From assembly GCA_965224085.1 (NCBI GenBank), contig CBDCYI010000009.1, positions 224,001 to 288,000 on the forward strand: a DNA stretch of 64,000 nt. The letters run 5' to 3'. Made by a program: the position numbers and the translations under genes. Below are positions 9,656-20,518 of the stretch, in pieces. This DNA is from Candidatus Marinacidobacterales bacterium. GTDB lineage: Bacteria; Acidobacteriota; Vicinamibacteria; Marinacidobacterales; SMYC01. How positions within the stretch are numbered: position 1 is the first letter of the stretch; every line of letters begins with the position of its first letter. Below the pieces are notes generated by a model. That model was not told the origin of the DNA, ran no database searches, and saw nothing but the letters and a program-made list of their open reading frames with translations.

Positions 9656-9793
9656 TCAGGGTCGTTCCGTAGAGGCGATGGCTTTCTCGATGGCCATGAC
9701 GGTAATGCGCGCGCGGTACTCTACGAGCTTCTTGCGGTTCACCGGGGCCACCCCGAGGGCGCGGTTGGTGACGAGAACATCCGCGTCGCTCAC
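9656..9793 (-). pseudogene. 45-codon ORF, probable gene remnant
   Basis: GTG overlaps the upstream stop (GTGA); reads [45 protein letters not shown]. Confidence 0.35.
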
Positions 9794-10962
9794 AAAACGA
9801 GCTCCACGCCGATCGCATCGTGGTCCGACAGCGGCACAGGACGGCCCTCGCGGAACTCATGGAAGACCATCGGATGCTCCGTGACGAGTCCTCGTGCCGC
9901 GAACCAGTCGACTTTGAGAGGACAGCGGCCATCATGATTTCGAAGGGCCCAGCGGATAAACGCGAAACACCAGCCAGGGACCCATTCTCCGAGGTTCTTT
10001 CGCGTTTTCTCGTCGTCGACTTGATAAGACAGCGTGCGCTCGCCGAGCTTGTTGCAATTCCGATAGTCGAAGGCGCGCTCCTCTAAAAGACCGAACAACC
10101 CTTTCTCGAACCATCGATAGGGGTGAAGGTAGTGCTCGATGGACCGGTCGATACCGAGAAACACGCGCAACCAATATCCCATAATCGCGTGAAAAGCCCG
10201 CGACGAGTTGTGCGTCGTCGTGTTCCAATCCCCGCCGATGAGCGCGCGATCATCGTCCCCGAGCGCATCCAGAATGTCTAGCATTTGCTTTTGCCGATGG
10301 CTCTGTCGGGATTGCGCATCGAGATGGACCGCAACAGCGGTCAGCGGAAGCCCCGGGAGCGCGACATCCACCGCGAGTGCTGTCTGGTTGCCGAGACGTT
10401 TTTCGCGCCCACTCATCTTGTCTTTTCCGTTCTCAAGCGGGATTGCGCGGGCGGAAGAGAGCGGATAGCGGCTCAAGACGGCATTGCCATGCAGGCCGAG
10501 CTGGTTATCGCCCGCGACATCGAACTCGACGCCTGAGCCCTTCGCCAAGTTGATATAGCAAGGCGCGAACGCGTAGTAGAGACCCAGCGCTCGAGCCATC
10601 GTCTGCGCGACCGCGAGATTGCCGGAACGCGCCATGCCGACATCCGTCTCAGTCAAGAGAAACAAATCGACGTCCCGGAGATAGGCATGCGTGCGACACG
10701 CCTCGATCTGTTCCTTGAGCTCGACCCCGCGCTCGAGATTCCATGAGAGCACGCGATAGCGCCTTTTCGCTGGCGCCGTGACGGATGCATACGAGCCGAG
10801 ATCGGTGGTCGCGAGCACGGTCAAGACAGTGGACTCAATCGAGCGATATACCGGGTGGGCGCGAAGCTCGGCCGTGGAGCCGCACTCGACGAGCGCGTCG
10901 AAGTGAGGCTTCAATTCGCCTTCGATGAGGGCGTAAACCTCGGAAGAGTGGCCGCGCAGCAT
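9790..10962 (-). CDS. Endonuclease/exonuclease/phosphatase-family protein
   Basis: [38 protein letters not shown]. Confidence 0.9.
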   Translation of the reverse strand: MLRGHSSEVYALIEGELKPHFDALVECGSTAELRAHPVYRSIESTVLTVLATTDLGSYASVTAPAKRRYRVLSWNLERGVELKEQIEACRTHAYLRDVDLFLLTETDVGMARSGNLAVAQTMARALGLYYAFAPCYINLAKGSGVEFDVAGDNQLGLHGNAVLSRYPLSSARAIPLENGKDKMSGREKRLGNQTALAVDVALPGLPLTAVAVHLDAQSRQSHRQKQMLDILDALGDDDRALIGGDWNTTTHNSSRAFHAIMGYWLRVFLGIDRSIEHYLHPYRWFEKGLFGLLEERAFDYRNCNKLGERTLSYQVDDEKTRKNLGEWVPGWCFAFIRWALRNHDGRCPLKVDWFAARGLVTEHPMVFHEFREGRPVPLSDHDAIGVELVL

Positions 10963-11059
10963 AGACAACAGAACATCGTAGCTCTCTCACTAGCAGGTGA
11001 CAACATCAACAACAACGCACCCGAACGAGCCGTGCTACGTGCTACCCTGCAGGGTGAGG

Positions 11060-12073
11060 ATGCGTCGACACGCCCCCAGTTCCACCGTTCTCGCCGCCGG
11101 CTGTGCCGCCTGGCTTGCTTACGCCTGCAGCGACGAGACCACACCCGATCTCGTGATCTATTCGGGCCGGGGTGTAGCACTCGTGCAACCGTTGATCAAC
11201 CAATTCGAGGCGTATAGCGGCTTCAAAGTCGAGGTGCGTTACGGCGGCTCTGCGCAAATGGCTGCCGCTATTCTCGACGAGGGCGTAGAAAGCCCCGCCG
11301 ACGTCTATTACGGCCAGGATGCGGGCGCACTCGGATCTCTCGCGAAAGCGGGCCGCCTTTCGGAGCTTCCGGGAGCTCTCCTCGATAAAGTCGAGCCCCG
11401 TTTCCGTGCGCGTGATGGCCGTTGGATCGGCGCCTCGGGACGCGCTCGCGTCCTCGTCTACAACACGAGCGTCCTTAGCGAAGTCGATCTCCCCGACAGT
11501 GTGCTCGAACTCACCGCGCCGCGCTTCAAAGGCCGCGTCGGCTGGGCTCCCAAGAACGGATCGTTTCAAGCTTTCGTGACCGCTATGCGCCTCATCGAGG
11601 GCGAGCAAGCGACGCGCGACTGGTTAGCCGCCATGGTCAAAAACGAGCCCAAGGCCTATCGCGACAACACGCCTCTTTTCGAGGCCGTGCTCAACGGAAA
11701 AATCGATATCGGACTCTCGAATCACTACTACCTCTTCCAATTCCTCAAGGACGGTCCCGCTTCTGAGCTCCCCGCGCGCAATTACAGCCCCCGTGGTGGA
11801 GGGGCGGGCGCGCTCATCAATATCGCGGGGGCCGGCGTTCTTACGAGCGCACCGCATCCGGAGGCAGCGCTCGACTTCGCCGAGTACCTACTCTCGAACG
11901 AGGCGCAGAGCTATTTCGCGGAAGAGACGTTCGAGTACCCGCTTGTCGAGCGCATCAGCACCCACCCGCTCATCGAGCCGCTCGCGGACGTGCACACGCC
12001 GGACATCGATCTGAGCCAGCTCGATGATCTCGAGGGAACGCTCGCTCTGCTCCACGAAGTCGGCGCGCTCTGA
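11060..12073 (+). CDS. Fe(III) ABC transporter substrate-binding lipoprotein (FutA/AfuA-like), no permease nearby
   Basis: Lipobox LAYAC, LVIYSGR, SPADV, GRARVLVYN, NHYYL, TFEYP. Confidence 0.88.
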   Translation: MRRHAPSSTVLAAGCAAWLAYACSDETTPDLVIYSGRGVALVQPLINQFEAYSGFKVEVRYGGSAQMAAAILDEGVESPADVYYGQDAGALGSLAKAGRLSELPGALLDKVEPRFRARDGRWIGASGRARVLVYNTSVLSEVDLPDSVLELTAPRFKGRVGWAPKNGSFQAFVTAMRLIEGEQATRDWLAAMVKNEPKAYRDNTPLFEAVLNGKIDIGLSNHYYLFQFLKDGPASELPARNYSPRGGGAGALINIAGAGVLTSAPHPEAALDFAEYLLSNEAQSYFAEETFEYPLVERISTHPLIEPLADVHTPDIDLSQLDDLEGTLALLHEVGAL

Positions 12074-12107
12074 CGTAACGTCGCGACGATGTTAGGATCC
12101 TGCGCGA

Positions 12108-13280
12108 GTGTCCTCAATCGATAGCAAGTTCAAAGAGCGACTCGTCCACTTCCGTCGCGAGCTCCACCGCCATCCCGAGCTCGCGTTTCAAGAAAAACAA
12201 ACCGCCGAGCGTATTTGCCGAGAGCTCGACCGTCTCGGGATCACGTATAAGAGCGGCGTCGCCGAGACGGGAATCCTCGCCGAGATTCCGGGAGGCGATG
12301 GCGGTCCGGCAGTGGCCTTGAGGGCCGACATCGATGCACTGCCGATTCTGGAAGAGACATGCCTCCCGTTCGCGTCGGAGCATGAAGGCGTCATGCATGC
12401 CTGCGGCCACGACGGGCACACGACGATGGTTTTGGGCGCGGCCGAGCTACTCGCCCAGGACGGCGCTTTGCCTGCGCCCGTGCGGGTATTGTTTCAGCCC
12501 GCCGAAGAGCGCGGCGCAGGCGCAAAGGCGATGATCGCCGCGGGCGCGCTCGAAGGGGTGTCGATGATATTCGGCGGCCACGTCGACCGAAACTACGAAA
12601 CGGGTGTCATCGTTACCCACGCAGGTGCGGTCAACGCGTCCAGCGACAGGTTTAGCATCGAGATCCACGGAAAAGGCGGTCACGCCGCACGGCCGCACGA
12701 AAGTGTCGACTCTGTCGTGGTGGGCGCGCTGCTCGTCATGGCGATCCAGACGATTGTCTCGCGTGAGGTAAACCCCGCCCACCCTTGTGTGGTCACCGTG
12801 GGGCGCTTCGAGGCCGGTACCGCATCGAACGTGATTGCCGGCCGCGCGCTTCTCGAAGGCACGATCCGCGCGCAAGAGAGGCCGGTTCGTGACGGCATCA
12901 TCCAATCGCTCACCCGCATTTGCGACTCCGTGGCGAACCTTCACGACGCGAAGATCACGATGAGCGTGCGCGAAGGTGCGCCACCCCTCATCAACTCGCC
13001 GGAGATGGCCGAGCTCGCCCGCCGCGCAGCGAGCGCCGTCGTGGGCGAAGACAACGCAGTGCCGCTCCGCACAGCGAATATGGGTGGTGAGGACTTTTCT
13101 TACTACATGGAGGCGATCCCGGGATGCTACGTCCGTCTCGGCGTGCGCGACCCCGGGCACGAAGGCTTCCCGGCCCACTCGAGCAAATTCGACTTCGACG
13201 AAGCCGTCCTTCCAATCGGCGCCCGATACTTCTATGAGGTGGCGAAGCTCGCCGGTGAGAAGCTGCGAGAGAAAGACTAG
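12108..13280 (+). CDS. M20D amidohydrolase (N-acyl-amino acid hydrolase-like)
   Basis: RRELHRHPEL, LRADIDALP, MHACGHDGH, FQPAEE, GGHAARPH, GGEDF. Confidence 0.93.
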   Translation: MSSIDSKFKERLVHFRRELHRHPELAFQEKQTAERICRELDRLGITYKSGVAETGILAEIPGGDGGPAVALRADIDALPILEETCLPFASEHEGVMHACGHDGHTTMVLGAAELLAQDGALPAPVRVLFQPAEERGAGAKAMIAAGALEGVSMIFGGHVDRNYETGVIVTHAGAVNASSDRFSIEIHGKGGHAARPHESVDSVVVGALLVMAIQTIVSREVNPAHPCVVTVGRFEAGTASNVIAGRALLEGTIRAQERPVRDGIIQSLTRICDSVANLHDAKITMSVREGAPPLINSPEMAELARRAASAVVGEDNAVPLRTANMGGEDFSYYMEAIPGCYVRLGVRDPGHEGFPAHSSKFDFDEAVLPIGARYFYEVAKLAGEKLREKD

Positions 13281-13314
13281 TGCTCGAACCCGCTAAGAAA
13301 GAGCCTGAGGCTTG

Positions 13315-14373
13315 TTACTCCGGACGCGCGCCAAGCTCCACGTCGAGTTCCACTATCTGGCTCTCCCGCCACACCGATACCCTCACAACATCCCCAACGC
13401 GGTGCTTCGTCTCGAGAACCACAGTGAGCTCCTGCCGTGTGCGAACAGGCTCCCCTCCGATCGCGAGGATGTAATCCGCCCCCAGAGGGATCCTCAAATT
13501 GCCGAGGCGCCCCAAGCGGCGGGGTCCGCGAATGCCCGCTTGCCCGGCAGGGCCGCGGCGAAGCGCTTCGGCGACGAGAATGCCACCACCACCGGGCGTG
13601 CGCACGCCATTGCGGTTGAGACGGGCGGCGAGGTTTTTGCTGACATCCATGAGTGAAATGCCCAGCCAAGGGTGCGCGTAGCGTCCGTGCTCGATGAGCT
13701 CGGGGACAACGCGCTCGAGCGTTGCCGCGGGGATCGCAAAGCCGATCCCCGCCGAGGCACGGCTTGGGCTGATGATGGCCGAGTTCAAGCCGATAACGTG
13801 GCCTTCGAGGTCGAGAAGAGGCCCGCCCGAGTTGCCGGGATTGATGGCAGCATCGGTTTGAATGATCTCACCGATGAAACGGCCGTCTGGGCTCTGGATC
13901 ACGCGCCCAAGGGAGCTCACTACACCCGTCGTGAGCGTTTGCTCGAGGCCGAACGGGTTTCCGATAGCGACCACGAAGCGTCCCACCTTCAAATCGCTCG
14001 AGCTCCCCAAAGGGATGGCTTTGAGCACTTCCGCCGAGACCTCGACTTTGATTACGGCAAGATCGTTCGACCGGTCGTAACCCACGACGCTCGCGGGCAC
14101 GCGACTCTCGTCGTAGAAGGTGACATGGAGCTCGCGCGCACCTTCAATGACGTGATAATTGGTGACGATGTGGCCGCGCCTGTCGTAGACGAAACCGGAG
14201 CCTGAGCCCTCCTGAGGGATGGGGCGCAAGAAAAAGTCGTAGGAAATGCTCCGGCTAGTGATGTTCACCACGCCCGGCCCCGCGTTCTCGAACACGAGCA
14301 TCACCTGCCGCTCGAGTTCTTGAGTCGATGCCATCGCCGCGAACAGGCTCAAGACCACCCAGATCGCCTTCAT
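13315..14373 (-). CDS. HtrA/Deg-type serine protease with PDZ domain
   Basis: GSGSGF, VTNYHV, DLAVIK, IQTDAAINPGNSGGPL. Confidence 0.93.
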   Translation of the reverse strand: MKAIWVVLSLFAAMASTQELERQVMLVFENAGPGVVNITSRSISYDFFLRPIPQEGSGSGFVYDRRGHIVTNYHVIEGARELHVTFYDESRVPASVVGYDRSNDLAVIKVEVSAEVLKAIPLGSSSDLKVGRFVVAIGNPFGLEQTLTTGVVSSLGRVIQSPDGRFIGEIIQTDAAINPGNSGGPLLDLEGHVIGLNSAIISPSRASAGIGFAIPAATLERVVPELIEHGRYAHPWLGISLMDVSKNLAARLNRNGVRTPGGGGILVAEALRRGPAGQAGIRGPRRLGRLGNLRIPLGADYILAIGGEPVRTRQELTVVLETKHRVGDVVRVSVWRESQIVELDVELGARPE

Positions 14374-14449
14374 TTCACCTCCGTCATTATTCTATGTCTG
14401 CCTCGATTCGGATTTTCGATCGCTCTGAGATAGTATTTGCGCGGTAAAC

Positions 14450-15085
14450 ATGCTACACGCTCTCATAGAAACACTGTCGGACTACCCTCGTTTCTTTCTT
14501 TTCTGCCGTGGCCTCCTCGAGTCTAATTTCCGCGTCATCCGGCGGACGATCGAAGAGCATTTGAGACCTAATACCGATAGGAAGGTCCTCGACATTGCCT
14601 GCGGACCAGGCGCTTTTTCGGATCTCTTTTCCGAGGGGTCCTATACGGGGATCGACCTCAACCCGAAATATATCCGCTATGCGACCAACAACTATAGGGG
14701 GCAGTTCTCGGTGCAGGACGCCCGCGCTCTCGATTTTCCAGAGAGCGCGTTCGACGACGTCCTGGTTTATGGATTGCTGCATCATTTAAACGATGAAGAC
14801 GTAACTTCCGTTCTCCGCTGCATGCAGCGCGTGTTGCGTCCAGGCGGCCGCGCCCTCGTAATCGAGGACATCCCGACCGAATCAAGGCTCAATTTTGTCG
14901 GGCATCTGCTGCACTGGGTGGAGAACGGGCATCACATTCGCCCGGCAGACGACTATCGGGAGCTGTTGAAGCCGCATTTTCGATTCGAGGAGGAGCAGCT
15001 CTTCCGAAGCGGCGTCTGCGATTACTACATGGCGCGCGTCGTCGCCGACCGGAACGGAAGCACGAACGAACCCGCGGGATCATGA
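14450..15085 (+). CDS. Class I SAM-dependent methyltransferase
   Basis: VLDIACGPG, GIDLN, LLHHL, RVLRPGG. Confidence 0.9.
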   Translation: MLHALIETLSDYPRFFLFCRGLLESNFRVIRRTIEEHLRPNTDRKVLDIACGPGAFSDLFSEGSYTGIDLNPKYIRYATNNYRGQFSVQDARALDFPESAFDDVLVYGLLHHLNDEDVTSVLRCMQRVLRPGGRALVIEDIPTESRLNFVGHLLHWVENGHHIRPADDYRELLKPHFRFEEEQLFRSGVCDYYMARVVADRNGSTNEPAGS

Positions 15086-17049
15086 CGAGGGAGGCCAGAA
15101 ATATCGGCCTTCTCTTGCTGCTCGCCGCGTGCGCCCTCCTGCTCGCCTATCAAGCACCTGGGGATCTTTTCTTCGACTTCGGACCCAACGACGCGCGCTA
15201 CGTCCAAGGGTTTCGCGACGATTTCGAAGTAGACGAGCCCACCCTCATCCACTGGGCTTCCGAGAGCGCCACCCTGCGGCTCCCGTTTCATGTTCGAGGC
15301 CCCTACGACGTCACACTACGCTACAAACGCCACATTGCGGCGCCGGCTGAGATTCGGGTCTTTTTCGGCGACGCGCTCGCCGAGACCCGCACCGTCCCGC
15401 AGCAAGACTTCACGCTCTGGAATCTTCGCGTCAAAAACACCAGTGGCGGACCGCTCAAAATAAGCATCCTCTCGAGCTCCGATGATCCGCGACCGCTCAG
15501 TCTCGCTCTGGACTGGATGCATATTCGCACCACGCGCCGTTTTGGCGCCATCGTGCCGAGCGCCCTCGCGCTTTCCGCGATGCTCTCATGGGTTATCGCT
15601 TTTTACGCGATTCCCCGGATGCTCGGCTGCGGCGAGCGCGTCTCATGGGGGTGCGGCGCTTTTGCGGCGCTCGCGCTCATGGCGCTTGCGCTCGCTCACA
15701 AGATGTGGCCCGTCCACGCCGCCTGGACTCTCGGCCTACGCACACACGCCATCGCCCTCCTGTTCGTCAGCTTCTATTGGATTCGGCGTGGGAAACAAAA
15801 CTCGGCATTCGCCATACCCGAGGCGCGCTGGGCAGTTCTCATCGTTTATTTCGGATTCGCCGTTCGCCTGTTTGCCCTCTTCCATCCCGACTTCTACTAC
15901 CCTGATGTGCGCACGCATTCGAAGTTCGTCTCTCTCATTTGGACCGAAGGACTCGACGGCTTCTTTCTCGACTTCATTCGCCACCAACACACGCACCTGC
16001 TCGGGCTGCAATATGTCGGGGACCGGTGGCTGGCTTTTCCGTACCCGCCGCTTCTTTACTTGACGATATACCCGCTCAGCGTGTTACAGCTCCCGGTCGA
16101 AGATTGGATGAAGCTCGTTCCGACCGCGCTCGTCGCGGTGGAAGCGCTCATCGTCTTCGCCCTCGCGCGGCGATTGGGCATTTCGGGCCAAGCGGCGACA
16201 CTCGCCGTCGCCTTTCACGCGACCGCGCGCGTTGTCGGATTCCGCCTCGGCGTCGCATCCTATGCCGCGCTCTTCGGCCATTTCTGGGACAGCGTCGCGA
16301 TTTTTTATCTCGCGCTTTTTTTTGATCGCCTCCACCGCCCGCGCTACGCGATCGGATTTTCGGCTCTCATCGCCATCTCGATCTTGTCCTATGCGGGCAG
16401 CGCGCTTGTGCTCGGGATGTTCGTCCCCGCTTTCTGCCTGGCCTTTTCTTTCGTCGCCAGGGACACACGGCCACCCACAGCTCGGCTCGTAGCCATCGCG
16501 GGCTGGGCGCTCGTCGGTGCACTCGTGGCGGTGGGCACTTTCTACCTCCAATACATCCCCGAGCTACTGATGCGTCCGGAGCACTCTGGCGCGTCGAGCG
16601 GTGATTCGTCTCAGCTCGTGTCGCTCAGCTTCACGCCGCTGAGCGCGCTTTCGATGTCGGCCCACCGCATGAACCTCTTTTACGGGCCCGTTTTCACTCT
16701 GGTCACGCTGGGCACGCTCATTTGGCTCCAAGGGCGCAGGGGAGACGTTCTAGCTCGACCGCTCGCTCTCGCCGCGATCGCGACGTTTCTCGGGCTGAAT
16801 TTCCTGAGAGCGGGGCTCGGAGCGACGCATATTTTTCAATTCTCAAAAGACGACCTCGTTGTGCTGCCGCTCGTCGTCCTAGTGCTCGGGATTCTTCTCG
16901 ATCGCGGGTGGCGCACCAGGACGTGCCGAGTCTTGGGCGCGGTCTTCTTGGTCGGATGGATTGGGTGGGGTGTGGTAGCGTTTGCTGGCGATATTCGAAG
17001 TCGGTTCATCCGGCCGGACTACCCGCCTCCGGTCAAAGGCGCTCCGTGA
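15082..17049 (+). CDS. Large polytopic membrane protein, possibly GT-C glycosyltransferase-like
   Basis: 655 aa with many hydrophobic segments and AFPYPPLLY; ATGA-coupled to the methyltransferase. Confidence 0.7.
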   Translation: MTREARNIGLLLLLAACALLLAYQAPGDLFFDFGPNDARYVQGFRDDFEVDEPTLIHWASESATLRLPFHVRGPYDVTLRYKRHIAAPAEIRVFFGDALAETRTVPQQDFTLWNLRVKNTSGGPLKISILSSSDDPRPLSLALDWMHIRTTRRFGAIVPSALALSAMLSWVIAFYAIPRMLGCGERVSWGCGAFAALALMALALAHKMWPVHAAWTLGLRTHAIALLFVSFYWIRRGKQNSAFAIPEARWAVLIVYFGFAVRLFALFHPDFYYPDVRTHSKFVSLIWTEGLDGFFLDFIRHQHTHLLGLQYVGDRWLAFPYPPLLYLTIYPLSVLQLPVEDWMKLVPTALVAVEALIVFALARRLGISGQAATLAVAFHATARVVGFRLGVASYAALFGHFWDSVAIFYLALFFDRLHRPRYAIGFSALIAISILSYAGSALVLGMFVPAFCLAFSFVARDTRPPTARLVAIAGWALVGALVAVGTFYLQYIPELLMRPEHSGASSGDSSQLVSLSFTPLSALSMSAHRMNLFYGPVFTLVTLGTLIWLQGRRGDVLARPLALAAIATFLGLNFLRAGLGATHIFQFSKDDLVVLPLVVLVLGILLDRGWRTRTCRVLGAVFLVGWIGWGVVAFAGDIRSRFIRPDYPPPVKGAP

Positions 17050-17065
17050 TCCGCGAGGTGAATGG

Positions 17066-17908
17066 CTACGCGAAGACCACGCGATTGCCGCCCGCGCGCT
17101 TGGCCTGATAGAGCGCTTTGTCGGCGAGCTCGAATAGCTGCACTTCGTCCTCCGCTTGATTCGGAAGCGCGCTCAGGCCGAAGCTCGCCGTAACGGGTCG
17201 CTCGAGCTGAACGAGGCTTCCTTCGCGCAGCTGCTGGTCGATGTTGTCGCACAAACTGTCGGCAACGCGTCGTCCATCCTCGGGGTCGGTGCGATGCAGA
17301 AGAGCCGCGAACTCGTCGCCGCCGAAGCGCGCAATGAGGTCCGACGATCGGAGACGCTTCTGGAGAATGACCCCGACCTCGCGAAGCACGTCGTTCCCGG
17401 CGCGATGGCCGAACGTGTCGTTCACGAGCTTGAAGTCGTCGAGGTCGACCAGAACGAGACAAAGAGAGGTCTGGTAACGCTTCGCCCGCGCGACTTCCGT
17501 CTTGATCTCGCTCTCGAAATACGCGTAGTTGTGAAGGCCCGTAAGATGGTCGAAATAGGCCATGAGCTCGGTTTGGCGCAGCGCTTCCCGTTCCATGACG
17601 AGCGGCTCGACGAGCAAATCCGTCTCGTTCAAGAAGTAGTCGAATGCGGCCGTCCGAAGATCGATCTTGCGCCCTTGCGACGCGGGAAAACGCGCCTGAT
17701 GCAGGAGCAATCGTTGCCAGTGATACTCCACCTCACGAGGTTCGAGGTTCAAGCGAAAGAACCGGAAAATGCGATCGCGTTCGATCTCGTGCCGGGTACT
17801 ATCGTCACGAGGCAAGCTGTCGAGTGGCGTCTCAATAACGTTCTCGAGCTGCTGATCCTTCAACACAGCAACCTCCAATCGTCCAGAGGAATTACGCGCG
17901 CGGGCCAT
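17066..17908 (-). CDS. Diguanylate cyclase (GGDEF)
   Basis: DHLTGLHN, DLDDFKLVNDTFGH, RSSD I-site, RFGGDEF, ADKALYQAK. Confidence 0.93.
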   Translation of the reverse strand: MARARNSSGRLEVAVLKDQQLENVIETPLDSLPRDDSTRHEIERDRIFRFFRLNLEPREVEYHWQRLLLHQARFPASQGRKIDLRTAAFDYFLNETDLLVEPLVMEREALRQTELMAYFDHLTGLHNYAYFESEIKTEVARAKRYQTSLCLVLVDLDDFKLVNDTFGHRAGNDVLREVGVILQKRLRSSDLIARFGGDEFAALLHRTDPEDGRRVADSLCDNIDQQLREGSLVQLERPVTASFGLSALPNQAEDEVQLFELADKALYQAKRAGGNRVVFA

Positions 17909-18030
17909 TTGGGGGTCCGGCGCATCAGAAGCTTTGGTTAATCTCGGGAAATTACTTTTTATGTTAGCAAGGAACGGTCGAACCGACAAGCCCCGATCCC
18001 GCCGACCGCGCTGTGAGATAATGCGTCCTC

Positions 18031-18789
18031 GTGTCGTCGCATCCTATCGAGATTCGTGGTCTCGCTTCCGTGCCCGAGATTCAAGAGGGGGACGATCTCG
18101 CAGCTATCATTCTCGCAGCGTGCCGGGAAGTGAGTTTCGAGCCCAAGCAAGGCGATATCTTCGTCGTTACCCAGAAAATCGTATCGAAAGCCGAAGGTAG
18201 CATCGTCGACTTGCGCGACGTGACGCCGTCTCCTCTCGCTGAAGGTTTCGCAAAGAGCGCTAACAAGGACCCTCGCGTTGTCGAGGTCGCTCTTCGTGAG
18301 GCGAGCCGTATCGTGAAGATGGATGGAGGCGTTCTCATCACCGAGACACGGCATGGATTTGTGTGCGCCAATTCCGGCGTCGACGCCTCGAATGTCGGCT
18401 CTTTCAACACGGTCACGACACTCCCGGTGGACCCGGACGCCTCCGCGCAACGGTTACAAGAGGAGCTCGAAGCCGAAACCGGCCATCGGCTCGCCGTGAT
18501 CCTCTCCGATACCTTCGGCAGACCGTGGCGCGAAGGCGTGACGAATATCGCCATCGGTGTATCGGGAATGCGAGCGCTCGTCGATTATCGCGGACGCGTG
18601 GACCCTCAGGGACGCTCCCTCGCGACAACGGTAGTCGCGGTGGCCGACGAGTTGGCATCGGCGGCGGAGCTCGTCATGGGTAAGCTCGACAACACACCGG
18701 TAGCCGTGATACGCGGCTATCCCTCTCAGCTGGGAGGTGACGGTGCCAAACCGCTTTTGCGCGCGAGAGAACGCGATCTGTTTCGTTGA
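18031..18789 (+). CDS. cofE: Coenzyme F420-0:L-glutamate ligase
   Basis: PEIQEGDDL, QKIVSKAEG, VCANSGVDASN, LPVDPDASA, SDTFGRPWREG, AVADELA, DLFR C-terminus. Confidence 0.93.
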   Translation: MSSHPIEIRGLASVPEIQEGDDLAAIILAACREVSFEPKQGDIFVVTQKIVSKAEGSIVDLRDVTPSPLAEGFAKSANKDPRVVEVALREASRIVKMDGGVLITETRHGFVCANSGVDASNVGSFNTVTTLPVDPDASAQRLQEELEAETGHRLAVILSDTFGRPWREGVTNIAIGVSGMRALVDYRGRVDPQGRSLATTVVAVADELASAAELVMGKLDNTPVAVIRGYPSQLGGDGAKPLLRARERDLFR

Positions 18790-19448
18790 AAGAGACTCCG
18801 CGCATGTCACTCGCGATTCTGGGAGGCACGGGAAAACAAGGCCAGGGGCTCGCGATCCGATGGGCCAAGGCGGGCAGGAAGATCTTTTTGGGTTCGCGTG
18901 AGCACGAGAAGGCGGAACGGGTGGCGGCCGAGCTCAACAAGAATCTCGGCGAGCTGAGCATTCACGGCGTGAGCAATCGCGACGCAGCGCAAAACGGAGA
19001 GATTCTCGTATCCACGTTGCCGCACGCCGGCCATATCGAGATCCTGTCGGGCCTCACGGCAGAGATCGCCGGGAAGATCCTCATCACGGCCACGATCGCG
19101 TGGCCTCCGGGCAGGCTCGAGATTCCATCGGCCGGCGAAGAAGTGCGCGATGCGCTCCGCACATCGGCTCGTGTCGTGGCAGCGTTCCAGACCGTGTCCG
19201 CCAGCACGCTCCGGACGCTGGGCTCGGACCATGAAGAGGACGTGCTCATCTGCTCCGACGACGAGGAGGCGGCCGAGACCACGCGCGCATTGGTCGACGA
19301 GACCGGGCTCAGGGGGATTCTCGCGGGCCCACTCGAGCGAGCACGGCTGACGGAAGCTATCACCGGACTTCTGCTCACAATCAACCGCCGTTACGGCGTA
19401 AAATCCGCTGGAATTCGTATAACAGGAATAGAGGGCAAGTGGGTGTGA
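18786..19448 (+). CDS. npdG: NADPH-dependent F420 reductase (Fno/NpdG family)
   Basis: AILGGTGKQGQGLAIRWA, GSR, VVAAFQTVSA, INRRY, GIRITG; overlaps cofE. Confidence 0.88.
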   Translation: MKETPRMSLAILGGTGKQGQGLAIRWAKAGRKIFLGSREHEKAERVAAELNKNLGELSIHGVSNRDAAQNGEILVSTLPHAGHIEILSGLTAEIAGKILITATIAWPPGRLEIPSAGEEVRDALRTSARVVAAFQTVSASTLRTLGSDHEEDVLICSDDEEAAETTRALVDETGLRGILAGPLERARLTEAITGLLLTINRRYGVKSAGIRITGIEGKWV

Positions 19449-20518
19449 GAACAGCGATGGGGACGAAGGGCGCTAAGGCGAAGAGGAGTCTTCTGCGCTC
19501 GGCCCTTCCGCCAATCATCACCGCGGGAATCCTCTTTCTCATTTTCCGGAAAGTTCCGTTTGACGCTTTTCTGCAGGCGCTATCCCATGCGGATTTCGCG
19601 AGCTTTTTCGCCGCGCTTCTACCATTCTCGATCTTGTATTTCGCACTCGATACCGTCGTGCTCTGGTATGTCGTTCGCTGGTTTCACGGAAACCTCTCTT
19701 TGACGGACCTTCTCCCTGTGCGCGCCGTCGACTACTTGCTCTCGATCCTGAATCACCGCGTCTCTCAGGGCGCGATGATCGTCTACCTTGCGCGGAGACT
19801 CTCGACCGGGCTTCTCGAGCTGACGAGCACGATTCTCTACCTCGACTTCCTCCAAAAAACCCACTTGATCCTGTGGGCAAGCGTGGGAACGCTTTTCGTC
19901 GCAGAAGAGCTGCCGCGAGCGCTCCTTTTGGCTCCCGTCGCCGTCCTAGGGCTTTGGTTCTTGTTTCTGGGCTATGTCCATGGGGGCTTTACGGCTCTCG
20001 GACGTGTGATTCAGGCGCCCGATTGGCGTCTGCTGCGGACGTTCCGGCTCTCGGGTCCAGAGCATTACATGGGCGTGCTGCTCCTCAAAGCGCCGCTACT
20101 GCTCATAGCCGTCTTCGCTCACAGCTATGCGACGCGAGCGTTCGGCTTCGAGATTCCCTTCGTCCGGCTTCTCGCGACACTTCCGATTATCTTTCTTGTC
20201 GGAGCACTCCCCATCAACGTGGCTCGCCTCGGCACGACGCCTCTCGCATGGATTTTCTTTCACGGCGACATCGTGCCTGCGCCTCAGCTATTGGCGTATA
20301 GCCTCGCGGCGCACCTAACGTTCATGCTCGCCAACGCCGCGCTCGGCATCGGTTTTCTGCCGCGCGCCTACCGCGAGCTCTTCGGAGAGGAGATTCGGCT
20401 GTCTGGCTGGAAGATGGTTACGAGTGAGCGTTTTCTCCAGCTTCGAGAGTCGTCGCGAGATTCATCCGCGTCCTCTCCAGACTTCCCTTCAGGGCCTCGA
20501 GAACTGCCTTCTGAATGA
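19439..20518 (+). CDS. Lysylphosphatidylglycerol-synthase TM-region / flippase-like membrane protein
   Basis: Multiple hydrophobic segments, ALPINVARLGT (LP..xG-type motif). Confidence 0.7.
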   Translation: MGVRTAMGTKGAKAKRSLLRSALPPIITAGILFLIFRKVPFDAFLQALSHADFASFFAALLPFSILYFALDTVVLWYVVRWFHGNLSLTDLLPVRAVDYLLSILNHRVSQGAMIVYLARRLSTGLLELTSTILYLDFLQKTHLILWASVGTLFVAEELPRALLLAPVAVLGLWFLFLGYVHGGFTALGRVIQAPDWRLLRTFRLSGPEHYMGVLLLKAPLLLIAVFAHSYATRAFGFEIPFVRLLATLPIIFLVGALPINVARLGTTPLAWIFFHGDIVPAPQLLAYSLAAHLTFMLANAALGIGFLPRAYRELFGEEIRLSGWKMVTSERFLQLRESSRDSSASSPDFPSGPRELPSE

